Shown piece after piece: positions 12,068 through 24,204 of a stretch of 64,000 bases of DNA. This stretch comes from Laetmonice hystrix (taxonomy: Eukaryota), in the NCBI GenBank assembly GCA_965235115.1, contig OZ249445.1, forward strand, positions 8,122,001 through 8,186,000, read 5' to 3'. A model generated the notes under the pieces. It was not told where the DNA came from and did not search any database. It saw only the letters and a list, made by a program, of their open reading frames with translations. Every line of letters starts with the position of its first letter. Position 1 is the first letter of the stretch. Position numbers and translations under genes: made by a program.

Positions 12068-15000
12068 ATGTGCCCACAATGGAAGTTGTGGCTAGTGTAC
12101 TTGATGGTGCTTATGTTCGCTCTTGGAAGTGCACATACTCAGGCCGGAGTGTTGCGCCAGTGGCTCAAGCAACGGGCTGCTGACGCAAAGACCACGTCAG
12201 ACAGCCTCGATGGTGAGCATTGCGTCTTTCTCTTCACAACCCTATCGCTAATGCCAAGACAAGTGTAAGCGTAATGTAAAGTTCGCTGAGAAGTGAAGTA
12301 TCTTAAGTGAATTATAAATAATTTTTAAAAAGGTAAATGTGAAGGCACTCAGCTAGTTCCACTCCAGCGATAGGCTTTATACGACTCTAGCTTTCTGAAA
12401 GAGGTTATAGTATGTAGTCTCAGTAAGTGTTGCACATCGTGATTTTAAAAATAATTCATGGCTGAATCATTCTTTACAATATTGTTGGGATTAGAGTGGT
12501 GAAGCGTTCGACAGTTTTCATAAACTGCTCTTTGGTATGATAGTGGCAGACCACAGGAGAGCAAAAAAGAAGGCTCCTTTCGATTTTTCAAGCAGATAAG
12601 GACACACAAGGAGATCGGTTCGTAATTTCATTTGAGTAAAACATCATTTCTCATCAGAAATGTTCTTTATATGTTATCGTGCAAACAAAATCAGCAAAGA
12701 ACTAAGCAAGTAACATCATGGATGACGCTAGATTACTTTTTGTCGGGAATTGATGACGATTTCTCCTAATGGCACAGGGAACATTGTTTTTTGAAACAGC
12801 ACAAATATAGGTGAAGATCAGTTAAATAACACGAGAAGGTGGTGGTACACAGCCCGCGGAGGAATCTACAACCTCTGGAAATAAAGTGAGCAAATGCATT
12901 TAAAACAAGGAAATATAAAATAAGGCGACTTCGTGTCAAGCCGGGTTTACGCATGTATACGTTTCCGTTATCCGTTTCCGTTCTCCATTTCCCATCTAAA
13001 GTACATGTATACAATCGAACTACGAAACGTACACATGGAAACGCTCCCATAGGAAATAGGCATAAACGATCGAATCAGAAACGGATAACGGAAACGTACA
13101 CATGGAAACTCGGCTTCCCCATTTAGAAATTAGCGTCTATTTTGCCCCTAAAACTAAGCACGCTTACCCTGTTTGATATAGCTCGGGCAGCGAGGTGCGC
13201 GTCGCTCATCGCTCTCAACGGAATCTGAAAACAAATGCAGAGGTTGACTCAAGCGTCCAATATGGCGGACCCTTGAAGGATTGGAGGGAAGCTGTGCAAA
13301 ACATTTTATGGCACACGACAAAAGAGTCCAGACTTTGCACGGATTTCCTGGAGAACCTTGCTGACTGGCGTTCTCGTCGTTTCGTTGAATTCACAGAGGA
13401 ATTCCATATGCTCCGTTTTGGCCAAGTTTAGTCCAAACACGTGCGCTCAAAATGTTACCCACTGTTTTACGTGCATGACTCTTAGACTGGCGATTTTAAT
13501 ATTTGACAAATTCCATCGTCGAAAGTCTTCCCAACTCTGAAAATAGGCGACACTTTTTGAAAACAAGACAGAAAGGACTAGGTGAACGAACAGGCGGGTG
13601 GGTGGGTGGGTATTTGGGGTTTTACGCCTTGCAACAGCCAGGGTTATATCACGGCGGTGAAGATGATGCTGAAAGTCAGTTTTTCTTGGTGGAGGAAACC
13701 GGAGTGCCCGGGGGAAACCACCGACCTTCGGGAAGAACGAACAGGCAATGGGAGACATTTTTGAAAGTAGATTGCTGCATTTGGATGTTTTAATGCATGT
13801 TATGGCACTCCCACTCAGGGCAATGGATAGACAATATCTTTAATCTCTACTCAAATGTAGCCAAGTAATCTCCGAAAGACCAATGCATACGTTTGTGTGT
13901 CCCTAACCAGCGGGCCAGGTCGAATGTACTCCGTCATTATGTCCATCAGTGGGAACCAAATTTAGCCTATAGCAGATAATCGTCTGCCTTTGTCAGCAGC
14001 CCCGCTGCCAAACACCGATTCAGACAAGACATGGTGTTGCTCCCCGTTTCTTTTATTTCGATCACGTCACGTGCCCCTGCTCCATCCCAGGTCGATACGC
14101 CTTTATATAGTTGTATAAATGGATATCAATATGGAGTCGGGCGTTTTAGTTTTGGATGTAGCGACAGAGCCATGATACTTGGCAGCAGATCTGCTGGCCC
14201 ACAGGTAGTGCTAATTGTAGTACACGTTAATGGCAGTACAGGTTGATGGTAAGCATGGTCGGCGCTGGCGCTGAGGCTCCCGTGTTAACCTGGCCCTCCG
14301 GAATCATAAACAGTGCAGAGATATACTGATACAACCACATATTTTATATCATACCGACCAACCAATGCGAGAACAGGATAAGACTCGATGATGGTAGATC
14401 TACTATAGGACAAAGACGCCTTTCTGACAATAGGCCTATAATAGAAGATCAAACTTTTCCTTACAATACACGGTTACAAGTCATCCACCCAATCTATGTG
14501 GCTCATTATACTCCGGCACAAAGGCGCCTTATAATGCCATGATGTTTGATATGTCAGTAAACTATATAAAGTCAAGTAAGCGGAATAGTTACCAACCGAG
14601 CTCTTACGTATTAAGGCTAACTATAAGGTGCATGATAACTTTTGATATACAACATGTATTGACTCGGCGCTAATACTCAATCCAACCAACAAAGCTAGTT
14701 GTTTTAAACACCATCCAATACATCTTTATTTATCACGTAAAATATTCTAAAGAAACACATATTTTGGGACAAACCACAGTCATGACCTAGGGTCTAAATC
14801 CGCGCTCCCACTGTGCGATTATTTCAGAGTCGGCCGAATATTTCTCAATCGCTGGGAAAAGTCGGCCGAACAGGAAAGCTTGTCAAACTTTTTCTCGGCC
14901 GATTCACGAGTCGGCCGATGAAATTTAATACGCTGACCAATCAAACAGCGAGTACGAATGTGCGTTTCTCATCTATTGTTATCCTGTCGTGCGTTAAAAT

Positions 15001-17657
15001 CCCCATTGAAAATGCATTGGAGTTAACGATACGACAAGTTAACGAGATGATGAGAAATGCACCCCAGGTCTTCTACTAAGTCGTAATAACGACATACTAA
15101 GTCGTAATAACGAGATAGCTATGTCGTAATAACGACATACTAAGTCGTAATCAGCTATGTCAGCTATGTCGTAATAACGACATACTAAGTCGTAATAACG
15201 ACATACTAAGTCGTAATCAGCTATGTCAGCTATGAGATAGCTATGTTGTAATAACGACATAACGACCATGAGATTGCTAATTTAAAGGTTGGAAGTCACT
15301 CTAATTTCGAGTAGGCCTATAACAGATGGAACCCATTTCAGGAATCTGAGTTCTCGCAAAAGTATAACAGACTGAACGTCTCCCTTTAAAATAGAAAGCA
15401 AACGTACGCTACAAAGACAATCACCTTGGAACGCCGAACTACGAGAAGAGTGACAACAATCGAAATATCGGGCCACGCCGGATACGAATAGTTGTTGTTG
15501 TGCAGCTCAAAGATTGGTACATTTTTAAGACTGCCGAGCGAAAGTCTTCGAGTTCCGGCGCTGTGATTAGTGACAAAAGCCCGTATCGACAGGCACGGAT
15601 CGCGAGCCTATATGCTTTCTTGCTGTGTTTTCCTGACTCAGATAGAAACGCTTCTGTTTATCCGTAAATCTTCGACTCCGAGCTGGCGCCGTATATGTAG
15701 AAGTTAACCACACATAAAGTGACGTGGTCGCCTAATCGCATCAACGTTTCTAGCCGATTTACATGGTGTTTTGTTTTTTTCGGTGTGAAGGCATCACATT
15801 CCCGTATCTGTGGTATTAATTTACGGTACTGGTGTCACATTGTGCATTGTACTTTCAGCATGACAGATACCGAAAGTAACTCGAGTGTCACTACATAACA
15901 ACATGCAGTTATATCATGTTATCGTCAAGGTATCGATGGCTTGTTAACTAGGGTGTAGATCTTAGAGGAACTGTGCGAACGGGGCATTTCTGTTACAGCA
16001 ACATCGTGTTGGTTACCCTCATTTGGCGTCAAGAGAAAAGCGCATCGGTGTCCAGTGTCACTCCCTAGTAACAAAAAATAAAGCTGTGAGGTTAGTATAG
16101 GGTGGGCCTACTCGACAGGTAACCCCCAGACATGCAGGCCTGTGGACCTATTAGATTTTAAACGCAGATCCGGGGGGGGGGCTCGAATGGTTCGTACCAC
16201 CACCCAAATAAAGAAAGAAGGGGGGAAAATGAAGAAGGTAACGGAACCAAATTAACGAGCTTAGGGTTTGGGACTAGCTAGAATAGAAAATTAAGTTACA
16301 TTTCAAAAGTTTCCAGGGGGCATAATTCGAACCCCCTCTTGCAAAATCCTCGATCCGCCCCTGGATAGTGAAATTCTTCCCGTCTTCATGGGTCTACATC
16401 ACTACACCATAGGATGACTGTAGGCCTATAACACCTACATTGATGGAGATAAGGCATGTTTGTATTGCTAGATAGTGTCAGGTAGACGAGATTAAAGCTG
16501 TCTATTGCCAGCAACTATGATAGGCATGGGCCAAATGCCTAGCTCCCTTTTGGAAAAGTACATCTCGTTGGCGCCTTACGCTTTTGGCGTGTTGAGTTTG
16601 ACGCAGGTAGGACGTATTATAGTGCAGCTCAACTGTGGTGAGATTATGACAGGGCCACCTGGTGGTGAAGGTGGTCAGTCTGACAGGAGATGATCCACGC
16701 CCTCGATCAATTAAACGTGTCACTTCATCTCATCCATCATACCCTGCCCACGGATCGACGTAAAAAATGGCCCCGCTACGACCTGCCGCTTAAAACCCGT
16801 TAACCGCCTAATTGGGGCGCCACACCGAGTCCCACGGCTGACCTCAGTGTCGGCACGACTGGCTCCCAACGAGCTGAGGTGTTTTGTCATCACGTGTTTC
16901 CGATTGGCCCAACTCTGCCGTTTATCATGTTTCTGTCAGCGGCATTGGGAAAAGTCGGAATTGGTACGGGCACGATATAGTAGGTCCATTGTGACATTGC
17001 GGAGAGGCTAGCTACAAGTGATGATACAAATCACGCCGTATCATGTGACTGTCAGCTGGTCTGCATGCAGTTTCTGGTCTGTATTGGCATAGGATATCTG
17101 CGGCACTTGTTGACAAGTATTTGTCTACTGTCATGTGATGTCAGAAACAAACGCGCAGTCGATATAGAAGAATTATTCTGAATTCGTTTCATTTTGAATC
17201 GAACAGGCCCTATATAAACTATATTTCAGAACAATGATAGAGGAACTTTTGTGAGCAGGCTGAAATCGTCAAGTCACATTTCTTCGAGTTTTCATATTCC
17301 AGTTTAATAAACCCCTGTTCTTTCAAAGGAAAATTGAGTTCTCTGGCTTAAACCAGCGCATTGCTTTACTGACCAGTAGGGCATCGGCTGGGGCCTATAA
17401 TGCAGAGAACCGTTGCATGTTTAATGCATTAAACCCCCTATTTACATCTCCTCTGAGATATTTCTTTCCCATGATGACGTCATAATGATTGGTGTTTTCG
17501 TCCTGCAGGTCTTGATGGTGCCTTCCATCGGTATAGGAAACAAGCACCTCCAGCCGTACGATGTGGGGGCGGTAGCGGCAGAAACCCATACGAATGCAAT
17601 GATGGCCTTATGGGGGTATGGCTGCGGCTGATGAAAAACCCAGACTACTCGGACTGA
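12068..17657 (+). CDS. Candidate secreted peptide (neuropeptide/hormone-like) precursor, 97 aa
   Basis: Exon 12068-12212 encodes MCPQWKLWLVYLMVLMFALGSAHTQAGVLRQWLKQRAADAKTTSDSLD (n/h/c signal-peptide pattern) and ends at a phase-1 donor G|GTGAGC. Exon 17509-17657 follows the strong acceptor GTTTTCGTCCTGCAG| and continues in phase: GLDGAFHRYRK-QAPPAVRCGGGSGRNPYECNDGLMGVWLRLMKNPDYSD*. The joining of the two exons is inferred. Confidence 0.55.
12938..13116. mobile_element. Palindromic MITE (~180 bp)
   Basis: Arms AAGCCGGGTTTACGCATGTATACGTTTCCGTTATCCGTTTC and GAAACGGATAACGGAAACGTACACATGGAAACTCGGCTT are near-perfect reverse complements. No clear TSD. Confidence 0.65.
13596..13734 (-). mobile_element. 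5'-truncated SINE (V-domain-like) with 12-bp TSD
   Basis: Contains GGTGGAGGAAACCGGAGTGCCCGGGGGAAACCACCGACC (reverse of the GGTTT.CTCCGGG.ACTCCGGTTTCCTCC core of V-type SINEs) and a (CACC)n tail on the minus strand. Flanked by GAACGAACAGGC at 13584-13595 and 13735-13746. Confidence 0.7.
15074..15262. repeat. Irregular ~21-bp minisatellite with palindromic core GTCGT-AATA-ACGAC
   Basis: Repeated ACATACTAAGTCGTAATAACG units interspersed with CAGCTATGT. Confidence 0.8.
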
Positions 17658-17705
17658 GCCGACCATGGACTCGGACTGAGCCGACCATGGACTCGGACTG
17701 AGCCG
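17646..17705. repeat. 22-bp tandem repeat (~2.7 copies) overlapping the putative precursor stop codon
   Basis: ACTCGGACTGAGCCGACCATGG repeated; the first TGA is the stop at 17655-17657. Confidence 0.85.
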
Positions 17706-18548
17706 CCGGCCACCTGTTCCATGGAGTCCAGACTGCAGATCGTTCACAGTTTGAACCACAAAAACTGCGGGAAGAGTTCACATGCTCTAAAGTTTCGTAC
17801 ATAAGAGGGGGAGCGGTAGTGTCATTCTGTTCTGACGACCTATTTAATTCCACAAGGAACATTCAGTGTAGAAAAACAATCAAACGGTGAAGTTAAAAAC
17901 GGAGAGTAACGTTCCATGAATGTTCTTGAAGTGAATTTGATGTTCAGCTGAAAACGGTTGTTTTTTCGTATCATATGTTTTTACAAAATTCTATATTTCT
18001 AGTGTGTGAAGGGAATAAATGCGACACGTAAGACTCTTGTTGATGCCCTTTTTTGTAGTTCAAACAGGGATACGAGGCGCCTATTGATGAGCGAGTTGTT
18101 CGCATACCTGTAGATGTGCGACAAGAATAAACTCCTCCATTTGCGACAAACATTGTCCTTATGATTTGCAGAGTGTGCAAAATTTAATTATTGACCTCAT
18201 CCAGCCCAACGATTTGTCTTCCTCATTTGCACATCAGGCTTTTCTCTGACCACATAATAAGATGTTGTTTCAAACCATTCTTAGATAGTTATTGGCGCAT
18301 ACCGTTTAGGCTTAAAGCCGGAAAATGTTTGAATAATGAAGAAGGCAGAATTTGATCACGTTTAATTTAATAACCGACTGACAGTAGTTTTATCTAGTCT
18401 CTTCACTACACGCCCCCGTGTGTGTGATTCTGCTCTTACAAAAAGTTCCGATTCCCTTTGTAATATCTCGAGTACCTTGAATTCACCTCTGCATCTTGCT
18501 GCAGTGTATTTCTAACGTCAATGAGAAGGCGGCCGGAAAAGTCGGCTT

Positions 18549-19155
18549 GATAGATACGACCTGTACAGTTACTAAAGTTGATAGATACGACCTGTGCAGG
18601 TACTAAAGTGGATAGATACGGCCTGTGCAGTTACTAAAGTTGATAGATACGACCTGTGCAGGTACTAAAGTGGATAGATACGGCCTGTGCAGTTACTAAA
18701 GTTGATAGATACGACCTGTGCAGTTACTAAAAGTGATAGATACGACCTGTGCAGTTACTAAAGTGGATAGATACGACCCGTGCAGTTACTAAAGTTGATA
18801 GATACGACCCGTGCACTAAAGTTGATAGATACGGCCTGTACAGTTACTAAAGTTGATAGATACGGCCTGTGCAGTTACTAAAGTTGATAGATACGGCCTG
18901 TACAGTTACTAAAGTTGATAGATACGGCCTGTACAGTTACTAAAGTTGATAGATACGGCCTGTACAGTTACTAAAGTTGATAGATACGACCTGTGCAGTT
19001 ACTAAAGTTGATAGATACGGCCTGTGCAGTTACTAAAGTTGATAGATACGGCCTGTACAGTTACTAAAGTTGATAGATACGGCCTGTACAGTTACTAAAG
19101 TTGATAGATACGGCCTGTACAGTTACTAAAGTGGATACGGCCTTTGCAGGTACTG
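18549..19155. repeat. 31-bp minisatellite, ~19 copies
   Basis: Unit GATAGATACG(A/G)CCTGT(G/A)CAGTTACTAAAGTT. Confidence 0.95.
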
Positions 19156-20147
19156 AGGTAAGATGGAAAAGAATGTCGCTTGTGAATCCGTTTCTATTCA
19201 ACCATTGGTTAAGTCATCATGCTCTGGATTTCAATTTCAAATTGTCGAACCATAAACATATTAAATAAAGGTCATATCTCGAAAAATATTTTCAACGCTT
19301 TCCGCTTAGACCCGTTTGTTTTTATGGAGCATTAAACGTTCTGCATTATTGTGGAACGAACAATGGCAGACCGATATCAAACAATGGTTGTTTTCTGTCG
19401 TTGAGAGGGCGTCCGTAACGGAAAGTTATTCGTAGTTGATAGATGTAAGATTTTGACAATGTATGTGACAAGAGATTCTCTACCCGACTTCGCTAGTATA
19501 TTGATGTAGCCTGTCGCTACCTTCTGAGTCCCACCAGCACCTATAAATACAAACAAATATATTGGGAGAAAACCAGTGCATCAATGGACTGACTATTCTA
19601 TAAAATAGTAAGGATCTCGCGTTATAGATATACGATGATGAAATATAGATCCGTATAGCCCCCGTTGTGCATGGCAAATAAAAGCAGATTATCCCACCCC
19701 CTCCCACCCACGACATGCTGCCGAGATAAGACACCAACATCAGGCCTTTATCGAAGAAAACGCCGATCATAACAACTGATACCACAAGGAAATTAAACGA
19801 GAAAATTAAACTAAAAACGCAAGGATGGTAACGGGTTTCATCCATCTAGAACGCCCACAAAAATTGTAAAAGGAGTCAAGGTGAGATGGTCGAATTACTA
19901 ATGAAATCGATAGTAAACGCCTTATCTACTTGGCATTTCGTAAAAACAAAATCACTCATCTATAAAGAAATTTCCTAAAACTTCTGGCTCAATGAAATCA
20001 CGAGTGGCAATCCAATAAATTACTTTGACATTGTTTGTCTCTTAAATGTGGACAAGACTTGGGCACGGTGGATACCAATGTATACGAACACTGCATCATA
20101 ATGGTAGTTTATCAAATGTGATCGGCTGGGCTTGTGGTAGCCTGTTA

Positions 20148-20288
20148 CCACGGTAACTCATAATACAACATACAGGCAATGATTAGCTATACATCCACGG
20201 TAACTCAGAATACAACATACAGGCAATGATTAGCTATACATCCACGGTAACTCAGAATACAACATACAGGCAATGATTAGCTATACAT
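20148..20288. repeat. 47-bp tandem repeat x3
   Basis: Unit CCACGGTAACTCA(T/G)AATACAACATACAGGCAATGATTAGCTATACAT at 20148, 20195 and 20242. Confidence 0.9.
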
Positions 20289-21479
20289 ACTTCCGGTAGT
20301 TTCAATCTAAGAATTAGGCTTTTTCTACGATGTTTGTGGTGAAAGGTTAATGGGTACATTGGTGTATCTGGTGTTATTGGTAAGGGATCCTCGATCAATT
20401 CACTTAGGCTCATAATGTTTCAGATTTGGCCTCTAGCCAGGCCCGTTAATGACATAGCGATTAGGAAAACATATACATAATTTGCCGCAAGAATGGCCGA
20501 ATTGATCGGGCTGCGGGATCCGCAGATAGTCTAAATTTGCGCCGCCCTGAAATCATAATAACCTAACAGTATGAGCGTTTAAAAAATTGACCTAATACCA
20601 TGGCCTTTGGCCAACCGCCGAGCTTGTGTTATATTCAATCTTTGGTCTCTTTGCCAATACATCAATGTTAGTGAGGGTTGACTTATATATGATGCAAGAT
20701 AACCAGAGGGGGTCGATGAGAGAGCATGGGCGAAAAATGTCCCCCTATAAGGTGAGGAGATAGGTTGCGGTAAGATTTCAAAGCGCCAAGTCCCGTTACC
20801 GCAATGTTTCCATTGAAACACACAAACACACAATTCAATGACCTTTTATGTTGGGGGCCCGCGTCCTTGTTATGACGTTACCAGGCGCGGAAATGATCAG
20901 AGGGCAGACCAAGTGGTCAACCCCATGGGGCCACGATACGAGGCATTGGGCTACATAACCTCAACCTTTCTATCCTGTAGCAAATTTTTGCTGGTGTAAT
21001 CTTGTTCCCCCATAATGTTTAAATGAAAGATGGTGAAGGGGTTCAAGCCCCGAGTGTCTGCCATGCGTACAGCTTATGGACTGCCTCCTGTAGGACGTTT
21101 TGTCCAACACCAGGTCGGAAAACCACACCCGACAGGAGTGCAACTCCTGGGACAGGATCAATACTGGAGTCATTGGACTCTGGTACACAGACGTGGGACG
21201 TGCAGATCTTGGACACCGACACAAACCTACACACCCCGAGTCCGAAGAAAATTCTCGGTGTTTATCCATGACTCCCTAAGTCAAGGATATACCCTTATAC
21301 AATGACTGAACTATGGACACCTAAAAGCAACCCACTGATCTGCGTTTCTGCCTATAATATGTCATTTTCAACCATTGGGTCTCCTCTCGATAACGATCAG
21401 AGGATAGTTACCTTCTTCCCTTCACCCTCTCCAAGTCTGAACATGAACTAACTTACTTTTGAGTAAAATTAGATAGACA

Positions 21480-21530
21480 GACAGACTGACTGACTGACTG
21501 ACTGCCATGCAGGCAGGCAGGCAGGCAGGC
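21480..21530. repeat. (GACA)/(GACT)/(GGCA) tetranucleotide microsatellites
   Basis: Seen directly. Confidence 0.8.
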
Positions 21531-21897
21531 ATATCTTGCTCGTGTGACTGTCGTGTAACATTCCCGTTCTGTTACTCGCCGCCATTTTCCGACTCTCAGT
21601 CAGGTCGCCGTGTTGTCGTAAATGTCTTGCAGCCACTTTGTCCAGATCGCTTATGTTTTTACAGCACTGCGCCTTTCTATCCATACAATCGTTGCTTCCA
21701 TTCATGTGTTCCCATTTCTTTAACCTGACTTTGCGCGTGTTCATTTCAAAATTAATACCTGAAAATTTAAGTGTATATAAAGAACACAAAGCGACCAAAA
21801 CGTTAGATTAATGAAAACATAAATCAAATAAGGTTCGCATATGCGATTATGATATCCCGTCTCGTTTTTTCGCCAACAGTGTTCATGCTAAATTGAT

Positions 21898-21968
21898 TGT
21901 GTGTGTGAGAGAGAGAGAGATAGAGACAGAGAGATAGAGAGAGACAGAGAGAGAGACAGAGAGAGAGA
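21898..21968. repeat. (GT)n/(GA)n microsatellite
   Basis: Seen directly. Confidence 0.85.
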
Positions 21969-24204
21969 ATGGGGGGGGGGGACTAGCGATACGTAATATT
22001 CTCGTGATGAATGTCTCTAATCATGCTGAAGGTGTGCCCTCATTCGCTCACTCCCTCGCACGTTTCACCAACGATTGGATATTATTTAGAGCTGAAGATG
22101 AAACAGCAGCCACACAAAAATGTGGTCCCGGGTAATAAGGAAGAAATTAATCCATCTTCAGGATAAAGGAAAGCACGAACATAGTTCAGGCTCGACGAAA
22201 TACTTTCAAGTAACTGTCTGCACGTTCTTTTTGCAAGTACATACGTGTACATTTACTCCTCTTTGGACACGCTAACATGTCTGTCACTCTAGGCTACTAG
22301 CTCTGCAATACTTCAGTACCAACGAGACATACAGAAAACAAAAGAAGCCTGTAGTAATTAAATGAAAACGCTTCTACTTATATGGATCAGGCTGGAGAAG
22401 ATATCAAATATATGCATTCTAAGATCAAGTGACCGAAAGCTTGTTTTTCATTTTCCAATCATTTAATCCAACTACGGTAGGCAAGTCGTGTGTGCAGAGA
22501 CCTGGGCGGCGAGGGAGGGAACAACCAGACCGTGCATGGCAAGCGCATTCTCATAGTCCAAATGGTATAGTGCCTTCAAAAAATTATTGCCATTACTGAA
22601 ACATTAAAAGTAAATATATGAAGGAATAAACTAAAAGAAAAGGATATTTCAACTGACAATGGTGGTGGTCATATCATTACGTTGGTACTGTTGGTACGGT
22701 CATAATGCCTAACATTCCCCTATATGGTTCTACAATAAAATGGATGAAATATAATCAGTGTGAAAAATAGACTTTGTCGTAACGTATGTTTCTTTAAATG
22801 AATACCCTTACGTAGTCGGTTCTTGGATTACCTATACCGCTGTTCATCAAACTTGGTCACCCAATAATATAGTTTGACTATGGTAACCCGTATGAGAGGG
22901 ATGGTTATATTCTGATCAGCTAACAGTACTGACAAGCTTTGATAAGAGTGAACACAACACAGACTACACAAGACAACTTAGAACACTTTCACCGAGCATA
23001 TACACATCGACTCTTTAGTTAGGTATATCCGACATACAGGCCGTTTTGACAAAAACAGTTATGAAGTCTGAAGACAGATTTCTACTTGTGCCTATCTAAC
23101 ACTGGAAATGTATAGCTCTACAGTTTTCGGTTTACTCAATACCTTGTGCACCATTCACCCCAAGCTCCCCATGGCTGAGTGGGGGGGGGGGGGTGCGCAT
23201 TCCCTCAGCTCTGGGTCAAGTCCTGATTCACACATTTCGAATTCGACTCTTACATTCTACACAGACTGAAGATGGGTGTTGTAAGCCCATTTCCGGTGAA
23301 TTAATTGTAAACTTCCATCATATAAAAAGGTCTCTGTTGAGTTGAAGTTACATACGGGTCAGTGGTCAGTGACTTCCGTGACACTGGACGCCAGGTGAGG
23401 TCCGTCCATCACAAAGGGCCCAGTTTGAGTTACTCATGTGCCGAAGCTAAATACAACCTCGGGATCAGCATTATACTATCACTGTTAGTATTGGATAATT
23501 GGATATGCAGCTATCATGTCTCTTTAGTCCACCTTCTCAGAGGCATATAGTAGGGCTACACCCTGATTGACATTTCTAACGTAAAACAGAGGTTGTGCCC
23601 TCCGACTCTGAGCAGTAGTAATATCACATAGTAGGTTATATCTTTCGTCATATCGCATTGTGAATAACACTACCTACGGCGTAGGGTTCTGGATAGATGT
23701 AAATTCATCTGTTTTACTTTAACCTTTGACCTCCGTAATTAGAGCTCTCATTTGCAGGCCAGGGTATATAATCTTCGCAACCATATTTGATAGGTTCCTG
23801 CATCGCCATGTTTCTGATGGTCTGGGCTGCGCGACGAAAGTTGCACGACCTCCTCTCAAGAGCAAGGTTCCGTGGTTGACACGGCCACTCGGTGACGGGT
23901 GTCCGGGTCTGTTAGTTGTGTTTAGCTTACCGGACAGACATATATCCTCCAAGAACAACAACATGCCCAGATCATGTTTTAAACGTCTAGTATATCGTAC
24001 CACAGGTAATGTAGAATGACCGTCAGATGCACGGCAGGATCTTCAATAATAAACTTCTGACTCACTATTGCTGGATACGTCATGGGGTGGGGAGTGAATA
24101 AGATATACGGAGGGGGATGGATTAAGCCGATTTTAAGTGACCGACTTGCCTGAGCGACTCAATCGGTCCTAAAAATCGTATTCTGGAAATCTTAATTGGC
24201 ACCT

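Noticed and set aside
14100-14210. Second TATA plus short exon in the peptide-gene intron
   Set aside because: Only a 21-codon ORF on the minus strand and no downstream coding exon on the plus strand; cannot be supported.
15842-15851. miR-33-like GTGCATTGTA
   Set aside because: Only 10 nt match, no precursor hairpin, and not in an SREBP intron.
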